This document shows, piece by piece, positions 10,305 through 20,650 of a DNA stretch of 64,000 nt. How positions within the stretch are numbered: position 1 is the stretch's first letter; each line of letters starts with the position of its first letter. Source of the stretch: Escherichia phage vB_EcoM_phAPEC6; sequence record MK817115.1; one strand, given 5' to 3'. Both the position numbers and the translations under genes were made by a program. The notes under the pieces were generated by a model. It made no database searches, was not told the DNA's origin, and worked only from the letters and a program-made list of their open reading frames with translations.

Positions 10305-10791
10305 TAAAAGCCCTCTTTAATTCTTTTACATTTTTAATGAATACTTTCATTGCAGAAATCTCAAAAGATAATGTATTAAATTTGCAGTACTTTTTAAAGT
10401 ACGACATTATGAATAACATTTTGAGTTCTTTTTCTGTATAAATTAAACTGTTTTGAAAGTAACTTTCTTCGGAAATGTCCGTAAGAAAAGAATAAAATGT
10501 ATTTTGCTTGTGCACAATTTTAATACTATCAGACCAAGATTTGTATGAAACGTAATCAGTACGTGCAAAATCATATAGTGAATTAGATGTATCTGTGTAT
10601 GTTTCCGAGAACACAATCTTATATATCTTATCTTGAATTCGAGAACATATGTACCTATGGTCATCTGTCTCACTGATTGCAATGTATCTATGGAGTAAAT
10701 CTTTATGAGCATTGATGAACTCAAACACTTCTAAACACTCCTTAGCGAACTTCATAGTTTCTCTGTACTTTCGGTTCATTAGTCTCTCCAA
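10288..10791 (-). CDS. FamA paralog
   Basis: core motif EESYFQNSLIY. Confidence 0.6.
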   Translation of the reverse strand: MERLMNRKYRETMKFAKECLEVFEFINAHKDLLHRYIAISETDDHRYICSRIQDKIYKIVFSETYTDTSNSLYDFARTDYVSYKSWSDSIKIVHKQNTFYSFLTDISEESYFQNSLIYTEKELKMLFIMSYFKKYCKFNTLSFEISAMKVFIKNVKELKRAFNVHRK

Positions 10792-11192
10792 ACTTTACCA
10801 GGGAAGTGTTTCTCGTAGTACTCATCATCACTTAACATATAATCAGGAGTTTCTACTTCTATGGTTTTGAAGATTGTTTCTGGAATGTGTGTGACTTTAT
10901 TGGGTTGTACTTTATGTTCGCGTAAAACCTTCTGTATCGCTCCTAGACGTTGTAAATCGATACATGTAGGAAAGACTAAGCTGTACTGAAATAACTCATC
11001 AGGGGTCATTATAGACACATCTTTAGCTTGTTTGATTTGATAATTAGTACTAATGAATATATCAAATCCTTGTACAGCATTATAGCTTACATAGGTTGTT
11101 TTATTTTTGTCAATAGGAGCACTTAAACGATATCCATATATCCCGTGTTGGTCAACAAGACAGCGTTGCATAATTTTAATCATTTCTAACAT
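10779..11192 (-). CDS. FamA paralog
   Basis: core motif DELFQYSLVF. Confidence 0.6.
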   Translation of the reverse strand: MLEMIKIMQRCLVDQHGIYGYRLSAPIDKNKTTYVSYNAVQGFDIFISTNYQIKQAKDVSIMTPDELFQYSLVFPTCIDLQRLGAIQKVLREHKVQPNKVTHIPETIFKTIEVETPDYMLSDDEYYEKHFPGKVWRD

Positions 11193-11538
11193 AATTTACC
11201 TCATATGTATTGTAACACCACGGTTTAACAATATCGATTTGTATATCATTTGCTTCATGAAAATGTTTAAGTACCTTCTGGTATTCCATTATTTCGTACA
11301 CATCTTCAGTACTTATAGTGCTCTCCTGAAATAATTCCTCTTCTGATAAAGTACTATAATCAGGGATTTTTATTTCTGAATATATATCATTTATCTTTCC
11401 ATTATATTGATAAATCTGGATATAAAATTGATTGTATTCTGGAATATAGGTTACATAATGGTTGTGGTTGATTACATATCTTGAAACAAAGTATTCAGTA
11501 CCATCAGTCATGTACTGAATTGTTGTCGTATTTTGCAT
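11176..11538 (-). CDS. FamA paralog
   Basis: core motif EEELFQESTIS. Confidence 0.6.
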   Translation of the reverse strand: MQNTTTIQYMTDGTEYFVSRYVINHNHYVTYIPEYNQFYIQIYQYNGKINDIYSEIKIPDYSTLSEEELFQESTISTEDVYEIMEYQKVLKHFHEANDIQIDIVKPWCYNTYEVNYVRND

Positions 11539-11998
11539 TCAAATAATCCACGCATTTATAGTATACTGCTAAATCTAAAAAGAATCGTTGTTTGTATTTG
11601 TAATGATGAAGTAGTGCACCATAAAATAACATAGCATTAAGTACTTTTGTATCATTAATCAATGATTTCTGAAAGTACATTTCCTCTGACATGAATACTA
11701 AATCATTATATGGAACTTGTACTGCTTCTCTAAATGTATCAATATTAATCTTCAAATCAGACCCAGGGCAATATGAAATGTATTCTGCTTTGTAATGAAA
11801 GTCATTATTATCAAAGTACTCCGCGTAGATTTGATTACCTCTACCATTAGTAAATGCTAGTCTTCCTTTAGATGAACTGAACTCATCGTATTGAAACATA
11901 CCACCAAAAGGTTTAGGACTTCTGAACTCCTTTGCAATGCGATAGATATTTTCTGCAAATTCTAAAACACCATCGTAATCATATTCTGTAGTAATCAT
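11504..11998 (-). CDS. FamA paralog
   Basis: core motif EEMYFQKSLIN. Confidence 0.6.
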   Translation of the reverse strand: MITTEYDYDGVLEFAENIYRIAKEFRSPKPFGGMFQYDEFSSSKGRLAFTNGRGNQIYAEYFDNNDFHYKAEYISYCPGSDLKINIDTFREAVQVPYNDLVFMSEEMYFQKSLINDTKVLNAMLFYGALLHHYKYKQRFFLDLAVYYKCVDYLNAKYDNNSVHD

Positions 11999-12471
11999 AA
12001 ACCATTTTTCTCCAGGTACTCAATAATACAATCGACATTGTTCAGGTCCAAGTAGAAATGATCACTATCGGAATTTAGTTCATTTTTAAGGGCTGTTAAA
12101 ATCACTGAACTGAAAACAATCCTCTCTGGATACACAGTACTGTACTGGAAGAACTCTTCTTCAGTGTTAATTACAATCGTATCAAATGCTTCATTTATAA
12201 GAAGATGATTGTAGTATTTGAAATTATCTGAACTTGGGAAATGGTATGAAATAAAATCACCACTTGGTACTTCATCAAGCACTCTAATACTACAAGTTGA
12301 TTCATCTGAGCTATAGAGTAACCCATCCATAAAGGAAAGATATCCATTTCGTTTAATAACTTTATTTTTATCAATTAAAAAATCTTCAGTAACATTCGCA
12401 AGGAATTTATAAACCCTGATAATGTCTTTTGCTATTTTTTGTGCATTGCTAAATGATAGGTCTTTGGACAT
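11995..12471 (-). CDS. FamA paralog
   Basis: core motif EEEFFQYSTVY (verified by hand translation). Confidence 0.6.
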   Translation of the reverse strand: MSKDLSFSNAQKIAKDIIRVYKFLANVTEDFLIDKNKVIKRNGYLSFMDGLLYSSDESTCSIRVLDEVPSGDFISYHFPSSDNFKYYNHLLINEAFDTIVINTEEEFFQYSTVYPERIVFSSVILTALKNELNSDSDHFYLDLNNVDCIIEYLEKNGL

Positions 12472-12530
12472 TGTGTTATAACCCTTTACAATTAATATAA
12501 AGGGATTATATCACAAAAAATCGGTGGGTG

Positions 12531-13067
12531 TCAAGAGTGGTTGCGAAGTTCTACCATTTCTTCCCAAACTAATTGGTAATCTTCTAAGTCCAGATAGAAG
12601 TCTTCATTCCAGTGCTCATGAAAGTACTTATACATGAATAGAACTCCTAAATCGTATGCAGGAAACAATAATGATAGTTGAAAGTAGTATTCCTGATTTA
12701 AAACTATATCAATAAACTCTAATGTACGTATGCCACCTTTCGATGAACGTATCTCAATGTGTGAGGTATCCTTCATACTGTAACACATGAAACCACCTCT
12801 AAATTCTGGATCATATTCACATTCGAACTGCTCACTGTTGTTATAGAAATCTCTCCCACTTTCTTGATCTTTCGGTCTACGTACTGATACATGAATATTT
12901 TTATCACGGTACATTGAACGATTTAGTATTTTCAAACATTTGAACTTATCTTCTTTAATGAACTTGATAATATCAATTATATCTTGTGCTGTACTGATAG
13001 CTGATTCGAATGTATCCAACTTAAGATGATTATATTGGGTTCCAGAGTTCATTTTTTTATCTAACAT
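12531..13067 (-). CDS. FamA paralog
   Basis: core motif QEYYFQLSLLF; start moved to Met17 with GAGG RBS (track ORF to 13115). Confidence 0.55.
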   Translation of the reverse strand: MLDKKMNSGTQYNHLKLDTFESAISTAQDIIDIIKFIKEDKFKCLKILNRSMYRDKNIHVSVRRPKDQESGRDFYNNSEQFECEYDPEFRGGFMCYSMKDTSHIEIRSSKGGIRTLEFIDIVLNQEYYFQLSLLFPAYDLGVLFMYKYFHEHWNEDFYLDLEDYQLVWEEMVELRNHS

Positions 13068-13074
13068 ATAAACC

Positions 13075-13416
13075 TCATAATTCATACATTTTTGATTTGA
13101 ACTGCATATGACCACCTATTTCACATGGATAACAATTCATAATTTTGTTCAATAGAATCTGGTATTTTTTAATAACTTCTATATCAATTTTTATATTACT
13201 ATTAAAAACTAATGATTCTTGAAATAATTCCCCCTCGTCAAGTGAAGTAAAATCATTTATCTTCAAGGGTATATTGTTGCATCGCAAGGAGAATGTATTT
13301 TCATCACGAATTAAAGTATAGAAATCATTATGTTTTTTATTATAATCAAATTTAACAAGTAGTAGTTTAATATGAGTAGCGTACATTACTTTAACTAATT
13401 CAGATTCACGTCGCAT
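13075..13416 (-). CDS. FamA paralog
   Basis: core motif GELFQESLVF. Confidence 0.6.
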   Translation of the reverse strand: MRRESELVKVMYATHIKLLLVKFDYNKKHNDFYTLIRDENTFSLRCNNIPLKINDFTSLDEGELFQESLVFNSNIKIDIEVIKKYQILLNKIMNCYPCEIGGHMQFKSKMYEL

Positions 13417-13838
13417 ACAATACCTCTCTTATGATGCAAACATTCTTGCATAATGTGTTGTATTTTTCGTAACAGAAACACATCCAGTTCATTAAAAACA
13501 GTACTGTACTGGAACATCTCTTCTTCCCCGTACTCAGTTAAATCATCAATTTCATCTCTAGAAACAGCTACAATATTAAAACCACGTGTACTACAATAAC
13601 CCTTAGTAAGATAATATATGTACTTGTACTCTCCGTTGATATCTAAGAGATCTTGTGTGATACAGAAGCTTTTGGGTGACAGTTTATCATCAGGAACCAT
13701 ATGCCTTGCTTGTACATAGCAACGGATACCATCACCTATACTATATGTAATAACTTCAAATTCAATCTTCATAGGTGAATATAATCCTTTTATATTGCTC
13801 AGGTGCAGTACTGAAACGTTTGATTGGATAATTATCAA
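13395..13838 (-). CDS. FamA paralog
   Basis: core motif EEEMFQYSTVF; start uncertain (possible internal Met near 13772). Confidence 0.55.
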   Translation of the reverse strand: MIIIQSNVSVLHLSNIKGLYSPMKIEFEVITYSIGDGIRCYVQARHMVPDDKLSPKSFCITQDLLDINGEYKYIYYLTKGYCSTRGFNIVAVSRDEIDDLTEYGEEEMFQYSTVFNELDVFLLRKIQHIMQECLHHKRGIVCDVNLN

Positions 13839-14124
13839 AGATTCTTTTCATTTCTTTCTGGATTAAACATAAGAAATCAAAGTTACAATCGTACTTATTA
13901 TCCCATACTAAACTTTCTTGGAATAACTCATCCTCTTGCATTAGTGTAGTGTCAATTACATCTTCACGGACATAGCTATATACTTCATAGCTCTTGAAGC
14001 CATCTTCTGATAATTCTAATTCATATGCAGCCATATCAAACATATCATCATGGTTTGTCTTCAAAGATATTAAACAAGTAACTAATTTTTTAGTTGTATA
14101 GTATGTAATACTTAATGTGTTCAT
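13762..14124 (-). CDS. FamA paralog (FDKKY subfamily)
   Basis: motif DELFQESLVWDNKYDC. Confidence 0.6.
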   Translation of the reverse strand: MNTLSITYYTTKKLVTCLISLKTNHDDMFDMAAYELELSEDGFKSYEVYSYVREDVIDTTLMQEDELFQESLVWDNKYDCNFDFLCLIQKEMKRIFDNYPIKRFSTAPEQYKRIIFTYED

Positions 14125-14129
14125 TTGTT

Positions 14130-14732
14130 TTATACCTCAGTATATAGCTTACAATAGCTTTCATCGAAATTACAAACACTTCTCAAGTACTGACACAGGT
14201 CATTGAAAATATTTACATTTGATATATATACATTATCAAATTCTGTTCGTTGAAAGAATGTATACATAGAATTTGTAATATATCGCATTGCATCTTCACG
14301 TCCCATAGTTATATCATTTGTGAACATTGCATCTTCATCAGTACTGATGTGTTCTATTTTAAATGATTTCATAAATGGAATACTCTTTCCTAGGGCATAA
14401 CCATCACCATATGATGCTTCTACTGCACCTTTGGAATAAAGGAATTGATATAAGTCCGAATCACGATTATAAAAAGTACGACATACGGAGGAACATAATT
14501 TATTATCTATATGAAATAAAAATCTTTTAGCATTTTTGTCTAATACTATTCGCAATGCATCACTCTCTAGAAATATATCACCATCAAGCATAAATGAGAA
14601 CTGTACTAATGCTTTTTCTAAATCCGCTCGTTTGTGATAAATCATTTCCTGCATATATATAATATCATTTGCTAATTTCTTAAAAAACAAATGCACATCT
14701 GCACTACAACATTTATTTGCATTTATTGACAT
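14130..14732 (-). CDS. FamA paralog (divergent)
   Basis: motif variant DEDAMFTNDITM. Confidence 0.5.
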   Translation of the reverse strand: MSINANKCCSADVHLFFKKLANDIIYMQEMIYHKRADLEKALVQFSFMLDGDIFLESDALRIVLDKNAKRFLFHIDNKLCSSVCRTFYNRDSDLYQFLYSKGAVEASYGDGYALGKSIPFMKSFKIEHISTDEDAMFTNDITMGREDAMRYITNSMYTFFQRTEFDNVYISNVNIFNDLCQYLRSVCNFDESYCKLYTEV

Positions 14733-15283
14733 AATAGTTCCTTATACATATGATGTACTTTACAAATCTCATTATAGTATTTCATATCAATGTCATTTGT
14801 ATTAAAAACGGAAACAGACAATACTGCTAACTTATCAATTAAGTAATTATTATCGGCGTACTGTTTTAACTTATTGAACATATAGATGCATTTTATACTT
14901 AATTCATCATGCAACACACTGTTCTGAAAAATATTCTCTTCAGTATTAGGAGATAAGTAATCTTCAATTATATACGATAAACTACTATCGCAATCTTTAT
15001 AGATTGAAATTGATGGATGTAATGTGTCATACATTACACTAAACAGATCACCGTCATATGTGGATATTAAACTATTATTGGAAACAGTAGGATGATAATA
15101 TTTCAGTACTGAAAACTTTGAACAATCAGTGCAGTAAAAATGATCCATCCCTCGACGACTTTCGTATGAGAATAGTTTACTTGTATATTCAATCCCTTTG
15201 GTGCGACGGATTGTTTCATGCATTTCTGCACATTGCATTAAAATTACCATACGTTCAAACGCAAGATCTAAATCATCGTACAT
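14723..15283 (-). CDS. FamA paralog
   Basis: core motif EENIFQNSVLH. Confidence 0.6.
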   Translation of the reverse strand: MYDDLDLAFERMVILMQCAEMHETIRRTKGIEYTSKLFSYESRRGMDHFYCTDCSKFSVLKYYHPTVSNNSLISTYDGDLFSVMYDTLHPSISIYKDCDSSLSYIIEDYLSPNTEENIFQNSVLHDELSIKCIYMFNKLKQYADNNYLIDKLAVLSVSVFNTNDIDMKYYNEICKVHHMYKELLCQ

Positions 15284-15464
15284 AACGGATATCCTTCTTC
15301 AACGAATTAATATATTCCAAAATAACTTGTTCCTGATATTGGGTTCCCAAGTACATCAGTACTTTCAACTCTTTGAATTCAGTACTATATGAGTCTGTTT
15401 GCATCATTCTAGTAGAATATATATTGAATAGTTTAGCAATATCATCTTGGTCTATTATTTTCAT
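15273..15464 (-). CDS. FamB-like small protein
   Basis: C-terminal YLGTQYQEQVILEYI motif; dispersed copy inside FamA array. Confidence 0.55.
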   Translation of the reverse strand: MKIIDQDDIAKLFNIYSTRMMQTDSYSTEFKELKVLMYLGTQYQEQVILEYINSLKKDIRYVR

Positions 15465-15660
15465 TAACCCTCTTCTGTATTAGTTCCTGTAAGTGCTGAA
15501 TATAACCCTTCATTGCAACATCCTGTTTGTTAGAGCCAACGAAGAACAAGAGCTTAAAGTCATGGTAATCCATTTTTGGTTTAGTAGTGAACCATATGTC
15601 CCACACTGCACTCACAGTTCTCATGTATTCAATTCGATTAAATGTTTTTGAATACTTCAT
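15442..15660 (-). CDS. FamB-like small protein (divergent)
   Basis: FVGSNKQDVAMKGYI variant of FamB motif. Confidence 0.5.
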   Translation of the reverse strand: MKYSKTFNRIEYMRTVSAVWDIWFTTKPKMDYHDFKLLFFVGSNKQDVAMKGYIQHLQELIQKRVNENNRPR

Positions 15661-16174
15661 CGATGTTCATTGCCAATAAGTTAATATACAAATTACTGTT
15701 AAATGCTATCTGCAATTCCATATAGAACTGAATGATTGCATAGTCAGGGTCAGTACACGATAGTTGAAAACACTGTTCGTCGAATGCATTGTAATTGTAC
15801 TTAGGGATGTGAATTTCACGCTTCAAATCAGGTTGCCCCCACTTCATCGCGTACACACCAATGTTATTGTTCTTTTTCCTTTTCTTAAATGTTAATTGTT
15901 GAATATTTCCTGCGTTATCCAGGAAAATAGAATTATTCGACACAGGTGCACCAATAGAAAACAATGATGTATCAATTACGTGTTTCTCACGTACATCACA
16001 CTTCTGAAATGCACCTGTACCCTGTAATACACGATGAAAATTGTACTTCTCATTAACAACAGTACTAGGATCAATTAAACCAGTACTGCATTTTTTGAGT
16101 ACTGGTACGATGATACGAATCTTTTTTGATAAATCTTGTAATGCATCAAAGTCATTGATGTTAACTTTCATCAC
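15638..16174 (-). CDS. FamA paralog
   Basis: motif DEQCFQLSCTD. Confidence 0.55.
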   Translation of the reverse strand: MMKVNINDFDALQDLSKKIRIIVPVLKKCSTGLIDPSTVVNEKYNFHRVLQGTGAFQKCDVREKHVIDTSLFSIGAPVSNNSIFLDNAGNIQQLTFKKRKKNNNIGVYAMKWGQPDLKREIHIPKYNYNAFDEQCFQLSCTDPDYAIIQFYMELQIAFNSNLYINLLAMNIDEVFKNI

Positions 16175-16620
16175 TCAAATGTGGCCTCTTCAGTAGTAAC
16201 AAAATTGATTAGTGTATCCAGTTCAGCAGTGTCAAGATAAAATACATCCAGTACTGATTTCTGATATATTACACTGAATGTGCATAGATTGTCAAGCGTT
16301 CCTTGTTCATAAACAGTACTACCCTGGAAGTACCCTTCTTCAGTACTCAGGGATAAAATGTCTGAAATTTTAAAAGATTCTTCAGTCGCATGTCTTTCTA
16401 TATTAACTAAATGTCCGTTTCGGTTCAATGAAATATAATCGTATGCTAACTCAATTAGACTATAATTATCCGCATTAGTGTCAAATAAAGCGACAATTTT
16501 TCGTCTCAATCTCTCATCGTGATCATGGTTTTCATCAGCTAAGTATTCAGGATTTTCTTTGAAGAACTTAACAACTTTTAGAATATCATTTGCTTTCTTG
16601 ATTGCACTTTCGTAACTCAT
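16171..16620 (-). CDS. FamA paralog
   Basis: core motif EEGYFQGSTVY. Confidence 0.6.
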   Translation of the reverse strand: MSYESAIKKANDILKVVKFFKENPEYLADENHDHDERLRRKIVALFDTNADNYSLIELAYDYISLNRNGHLVNIERHATEESFKISDILSLSTEEGYFQGSTVYEQGTLDNLCTFSVIYQKSVLDVFYLDTAELDTLINFVTTEEATFE

Positions 16621-16925
16621 AATAATTCAACCACTCCATCTCTAAAGTACATATAACTACCACCATTGGATACTGTGAATTCTATTGTCCCCAATAATAT
16701 ATTATATTTTTTTATTTCACATGTAGTACTTGTAGTGTAAGGCTCACCATCTCCTAAGTACATTGACATATGACATAGAACTTTTCTACCAGCATATTTC
16801 TCTTCAAACGATTGTTCAAAACTATGCATAATTTGATTTAAAGCTGAAATGTAATTAATAAAGTCAGGTATTTCTGTCAATGAATTATAAACCGTACAAA
16901 GTGAATCAAATTCATTTTTAGTCAT
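16617..16925 (-). CDS. hypothetical protein
   Basis: ORF in array, no family motif. Confidence 0.5.
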   Translation of the reverse strand: MTKNEFDSLCTVYNSLTEIPDFINYISALNQIMHSFEQSFEEKYAGRKVLCHMSMYLGDGEPYTTSTTCEIKKYNILLGTIEFTVSNGGSYMYFRDGVVELL

Positions 16926-17239
16926 TATATTTCTATCTCAATGTAATCCTGTGTGATTAAGTAATCCCAATGATACTTCACCTGCTTTTGTAATTCAATT
17001 AACGTAAAGAAGTTGATCGATTTATCCCATACGAGCGATTCCTGGAAAATAAATGATTCATGTTCATCGTAATAATCACACTCTAAAAAATCAGGTATAT
17101 ATTCACTATCGTGAATGTATTCAACAAACGAACTAGCTTGGCATTTCTTTACTACTAGTAATAATGAATTATCATGATCAAACAGATACAATAAACTAAT
17201 TTCACCAGGGACGTACTGAACACTGAATAAGTTTTTCAT
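16925..17239 (-). CDS. FamA paralog
   Basis: core motif ESFIFQESLVW. Confidence 0.6.
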   Translation of the reverse strand: MKNLFSVQYVPGEISLLYLFDHDNSLLLVVKKCQASSFVEYIHDSEYIPDFLECDYYDEHESFIFQESLVWDKSINFFTLIELQKQVKYHWDYLITQDYIEIEI

Positions 17240-17688
17240 TCTATACCTTCTGGATCTTTACGAAGTTCTTCGAAATCCAAATAAAATCGAGGACAGTTAA
17301 CACTCTTTAAATACCACATAATAACTAATGCTTCAAGTACTTCATCATCGTAAACAGTACTGTTTTGGAAGTAATACTCTTCACTATCCCACGGACCATC
17401 CAGTACTTCATAATTCAAAATTAATGGTTTTTTGCGATTAATAAAACGAATGCTACCATTTTCAACATAACTAATAAATTCTGCATCTCTATTGTATTCA
17501 GAAAACGATATAGGACTATTGGAATTCAACCCAAGAATAACCCTTACACCAACGGAGTTATTATACATTTCATCTTTGTAGTAGTTGCCGTTCTCGGCTT
17601 TGTACACTTCTTTGAACTTTCCTGCCTTTATATCGTCAAAGTATCCATGTAGTTCTTTTGCTTTTTCAAGAGCACTTTGTAATGACAT
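17236..17688 (-). CDS. FamA1 subfamily paralog
   Basis: N-term MSLQSALEKAK, LDGPWDSEEYYFQNSTVY. Confidence 0.65.
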   Translation of the reverse strand: MSLQSALEKAKELHGYFDDIKAGKFKEVYKAENGNYYKDEMYNNSVGVRVILGLNSNSPISFSEYNRDAEFISYVENGSIRFINRKKPLILNYEVLDGPWDSEEYYFQNSTVYDDEVLEALVIMWYLKSVNCPRFYLDFEELRKDPEGIE

Positions 17689-18154
17689 TACCTTCTCCTA
17701 CAGTATTCTCTACATATTCATAATCAAAATAGAAACTACTGGAGTCAATACTTTTGAAATACCACATAATCACAATAACATCCAGTTCTTCTTCATTGTA
17801 CAACGTACTATTCTGGAAGTAATACTCTTCACTATCCCACGGACCTTCTAGTACTGAATAAGGAATGATAGTGTCATCAGCATCACTATCTGTGTTGTAG
17901 ATGGTAATATCTTCATTACGGCAATAACTAATGTACTGATTGTACATATGATATTCACAGTTATCACTGTCACCAGTATCAGTGTGCAGTACTAATGTTT
18001 CTGCACATATCTCGGACTCGTCATAATCGTCACGGTCTTTTACAAAAAATTCAGTATCAGATGTTTTATATACACCTGGAACTGAACCTTCTTGTACCAT
18101 AATCATATACTCATGAATCTTCTTTGCTTCTTTCAATGCACTTTGTAACGACAT
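17666..18154 (-). CDS. FamA1 subfamily paralog
   Basis: N-term MSLQSALKEAK, LEGPWDSEEYYFQNSTLY. Confidence 0.65.
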   Translation of the reverse strand: MSLQSALKEAKKIHEYMIMVQEGSVPGVYKTSDTEFFVKDRDDYDESEICAETLVLHTDTGDSDNCEYHMYNQYISYCRNEDITIYNTDSDADDTIIPYSVLEGPWDSEEYYFQNSTLYNEEELDVIVIMWYFKSIDSSSFYFDYEYVENTVGEGNVITKCS

Positions 18155-18597
18155 TACAAATCCCCTGAACTTAAATATTCACATGCTCCCCAGTCAAGAA
18201 AGAATGGTTCAAAATTCAATTCCTTAAAGTACCACAACACAACCAAGGAATCAAGCATTTCTTGGTTAAAAATGAAACTCTGTTGGAAGTAATACTCTTC
18301 AGTACCCCACGGGCCATCAAGTACCCCGAAGTCAACAGGTGCATTTGATGTGTCAAACGTAATCTTAGTACCTGGAATATATACAAAAAAACTAGTATAT
18401 TGACTACATGAAGAGTACTGTATAGTATTGTCTTTATCCTGTCCCATAAGTAAAATATCATCAGAGTATGTCTTTATACCTGATAGATAATACTCATCAC
18501 CAAATGCACTTACTTTATCACCATAGAACCCACTTTTTATGTTATCGTGGAAGTGATGTATTCTGTGTGCTAGTTCAAGTGCACTTGCTAAACTCAT
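18154..18597 (-). CDS. FamA1 subfamily paralog
   Basis: N-term MSLASALELAH, LDGPWGTEEYYFQQSFIF. Confidence 0.65.
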   Translation of the reverse strand: MSLASALELAHRIHHFHDNIKSGFYGDKVSAFGDEYYLSGIKTYSDDILLMGQDKDNTIQYSSCSQYTSFFVYIPGTKITFDTSNAPVDFGVLDGPWGTEEYYFQQSFIFNQEMLDSLVVLWYFKELNFEPFFLDWGACEYLSSGDL

Positions 18598-19064
18598 ATA
18601 TCCTCTTTAATAACTCGTAGTAGATCCAAGTCCAAATAGAAGCTAGGACAATCTGTATTATTAAAGTACCACAGAATGACAAGCTTGTCAAGTACATCTT
18701 CCTCGTAGATAGTATTCTGCTGGAAGTAGTACTCTTCACTTCCCCAGTCATTATCCAGTACTGAATACGGAAGATGTTTCTCTGCTGCACCAGATATAAT
18801 GTCAGAATCTTGTATTAAAATATCAGCATCACGACAGAAGTACATGTAATTATCTTCCAAATTAACATCACACCCATTGAGTGTTGTTTCAGAAGAATCT
18901 AAGTTTTCTTCATACATGTGAATGTACTCACTACTGTCATCGTATCTCATTCGACAATAAGATTTACCTTCCTTGAATAGATATCCATTGAGACAATTTG
19001 CTACAATTTCTTTGCTGCATAAATCAATTAACTTCGCAATCTCTAATGCTCTTTCTAAACTCAT
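18594..19064 (-). CDS. FamA1 subfamily paralog
   Basis: N-term MSLERALEIAK, LDNDWGSEEYYFQQNTIY. Confidence 0.65.
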   Translation of the reverse strand: MSLERALEIAKLIDLCSKEIVANCLNGYLFKEGKSYCRMRYDDSSEYIHMYEENLDSSETTLNGCDVNLEDNYMYFCRDADILIQDSDIISGAAEKHLPYSVLDNDWGSEEYYFQQNTIYEEDVLDKLVILWYFNNTDCPSFYLDLDLLRVIKEDI

Positions 19065-19065
19065 T

Positions 19066-19557
19066 TTAACCCCTGTTAATACCGTTATCTACAGTTTTCT
19101 TTACGTATTTGTAATCGAAATAGAAGTTCCCAGAACCAATACTTTTAAAGTACCACATAATTATAATAACATCAAGTACTTCATTATCGTATACAGTACT
19201 TTGTTGGAAGTAATACTCTTCACTATCCCACGGACCTTCCAGTACTTCACTCGGAATTATAATGTCATCGGAATCGCTATCAGTACTGTAGATGGTATCT
19301 GTATCATTAATATAGACCATGTACTCATTATGCATATTAATGAAGCATTCATAATCATTAGGGTCGGTATCCAGTACACACGTTTCTGTATCCAGTACGC
19401 ACGTTTCTGTATCTGAGCAGTCATTATAAAGGAGGTTATCCGGTACATAATATTGAGTACTTGTGTCTTTGAAAACACCGTAAACTGAACCTTCTTTTGC
19501 CATATTCATGTACTCATGAATCTTCTTTGCTTTTTCCAATGAACTCTGTAATGTCAT
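19066..19557 (-). CDS. FamA1 subfamily paralog
   Basis: N-term MTLQSSLEKAK, LEGPWDSEEYYFQQSTVY. Confidence 0.65.
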   Translation of the reverse strand: MTLQSSLEKAKKIHEYMNMAKEGSVYGVFKDTSTQYYVPDNLLYNDCSDTETCVLDTETCVLDTDPNDYECFINMHNEYMVYINDTDTIYSTDSDSDDIIIPSEVLEGPWDSEEYYFQQSTVYDNEVLDVIIIMWYFKSIGSGNFYFDYKYVKKTVDNGINRG

Positions 19558-19566
19558 TTTATAATC

Positions 19567-19926
19567 TCATATATTGAAATAATAATTATTCGTTCTTGAT
19601 GGGGATGGATTAAATACGTTTTCTTTTTCAAATCTCTTCATTTCATTTTGCAAAGAAACCATTTCTTCAAATGTACAGGAGTACTTATTCTTATCAAACA
19701 CTAATGCAGCCTGAAATAGTTCACCATCGTCCAGTACTGTATAATCTATAAGACTCTCAGATTCATAGTCATAGTCGTCATGTGATACATGAATAAATTT
19801 AAAACAAGAATCTTTGTAATGCATATATAAACTCAACTCATGTTCCGAGTCGCCCTTAATAAGATTACAGCACAAGTCCCATCCTTTAGGTAACTTATAA
19901 TAGTACATAGAATAATCATATGTCAT
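19567..19926 (-). CDS. FamA paralog (FDKKY subfamily)
   Basis: motif GELFQAALVFDKNKYSC. Confidence 0.6.
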   Translation of the reverse strand: MTYDYSMYYYKLPKGWDLCCNLIKGDSEHELSLYMHYKDSCFKFIHVSHDDYDYESESLIDYTVLDDGELFQAALVFDKNKYSCTFEEMVSLQNEMKRFEKENVFNPSPSRTNNYYFNI

Positions 19927-20279
19927 TCTTGAATTCCTAAATTGAATTTGTATTCTTGATTAATACTTGCATTGGGTTTATGCAAAGCAGCATACTCTTT
20001 CATTTCATTTTGTATTGCAATAACTTCTTCAAATGTACACAAGTACTTCTTATCAAATACTAATGATTCTTGGAATAGTTCTGCGGTATCCATTAATGTA
20101 TAGTCCGGCATATCTTGGTGTGGATACTGTAATGAACTGTAATCAATGAATGTAAATTTACCCTGAGTGTAATGAATATACTCATTTGCACTGTGCATTA
20201 AATCACCTTTGTTTAAATTACAAAAGTACTGATAACTGTGCTTGAAAGTATGTACTGATATTAAAAAATCAAATTCCAT
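19923..20279 (-). CDS. FamA paralog (FDKKY subfamily)
   Basis: motif AELFQESLVFDKKYLC. Confidence 0.6.
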   Translation of the reverse strand: MEFDFLISVHTFKHSYQYFCNLNKGDLMHSANEYIHYTQGKFTFIDYSSLQYPHQDMPDYTLMDTAELFQESLVFDKKYLCTFEEVIAIQNEMKEYAALHKPNASINQEYKFNLGIQE

Positions 20280-20650
20280 CAGTACTCAACCTCTACATAA
20301 ATAGATTCAGGAAACTTAGTCATATAATCTTCTGGATAGTTCTGCATTACTTTGATCATTTCTGCCTGTGTAGCACGGACGTATTCAATTGGTGCTCCTG
20401 GTAAATTCCAGACAGTACTTTCCTGAAAGAATTCCTCTTCTGACAGTACTGTCAGATTTACAAAATCATTACGGTAATTTTTTGAATCATCATATGTGAA
20501 GATTTTAAAAGACCCATTTTCATATAGTACAAGAACAAAATGGGAGAATTTTTGTAATGCACCACCAAGGCTTTCCACGACCGCATGATTCAGTGTACAG
20601 ATGACCTCTTTTTTCCTCATACCGAATTGAATTCTAATTTCTTTTTTCAT
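20279..20650 (-). CDS. FamA paralog
   Basis: core motif EEEFFQESTVW. Confidence 0.6.
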   Translation of the reverse strand: MKKEIRIQFGMRKKEVICTLNHAVVESLGGALQKFSHFVLVLYENGSFKIFTYDDSKNYRNDFVNLTVLSEEEFFQESTVWNLPGAPIEYVRATQAEMIKVMQNYPEDYMTKFPESIYVEVEY

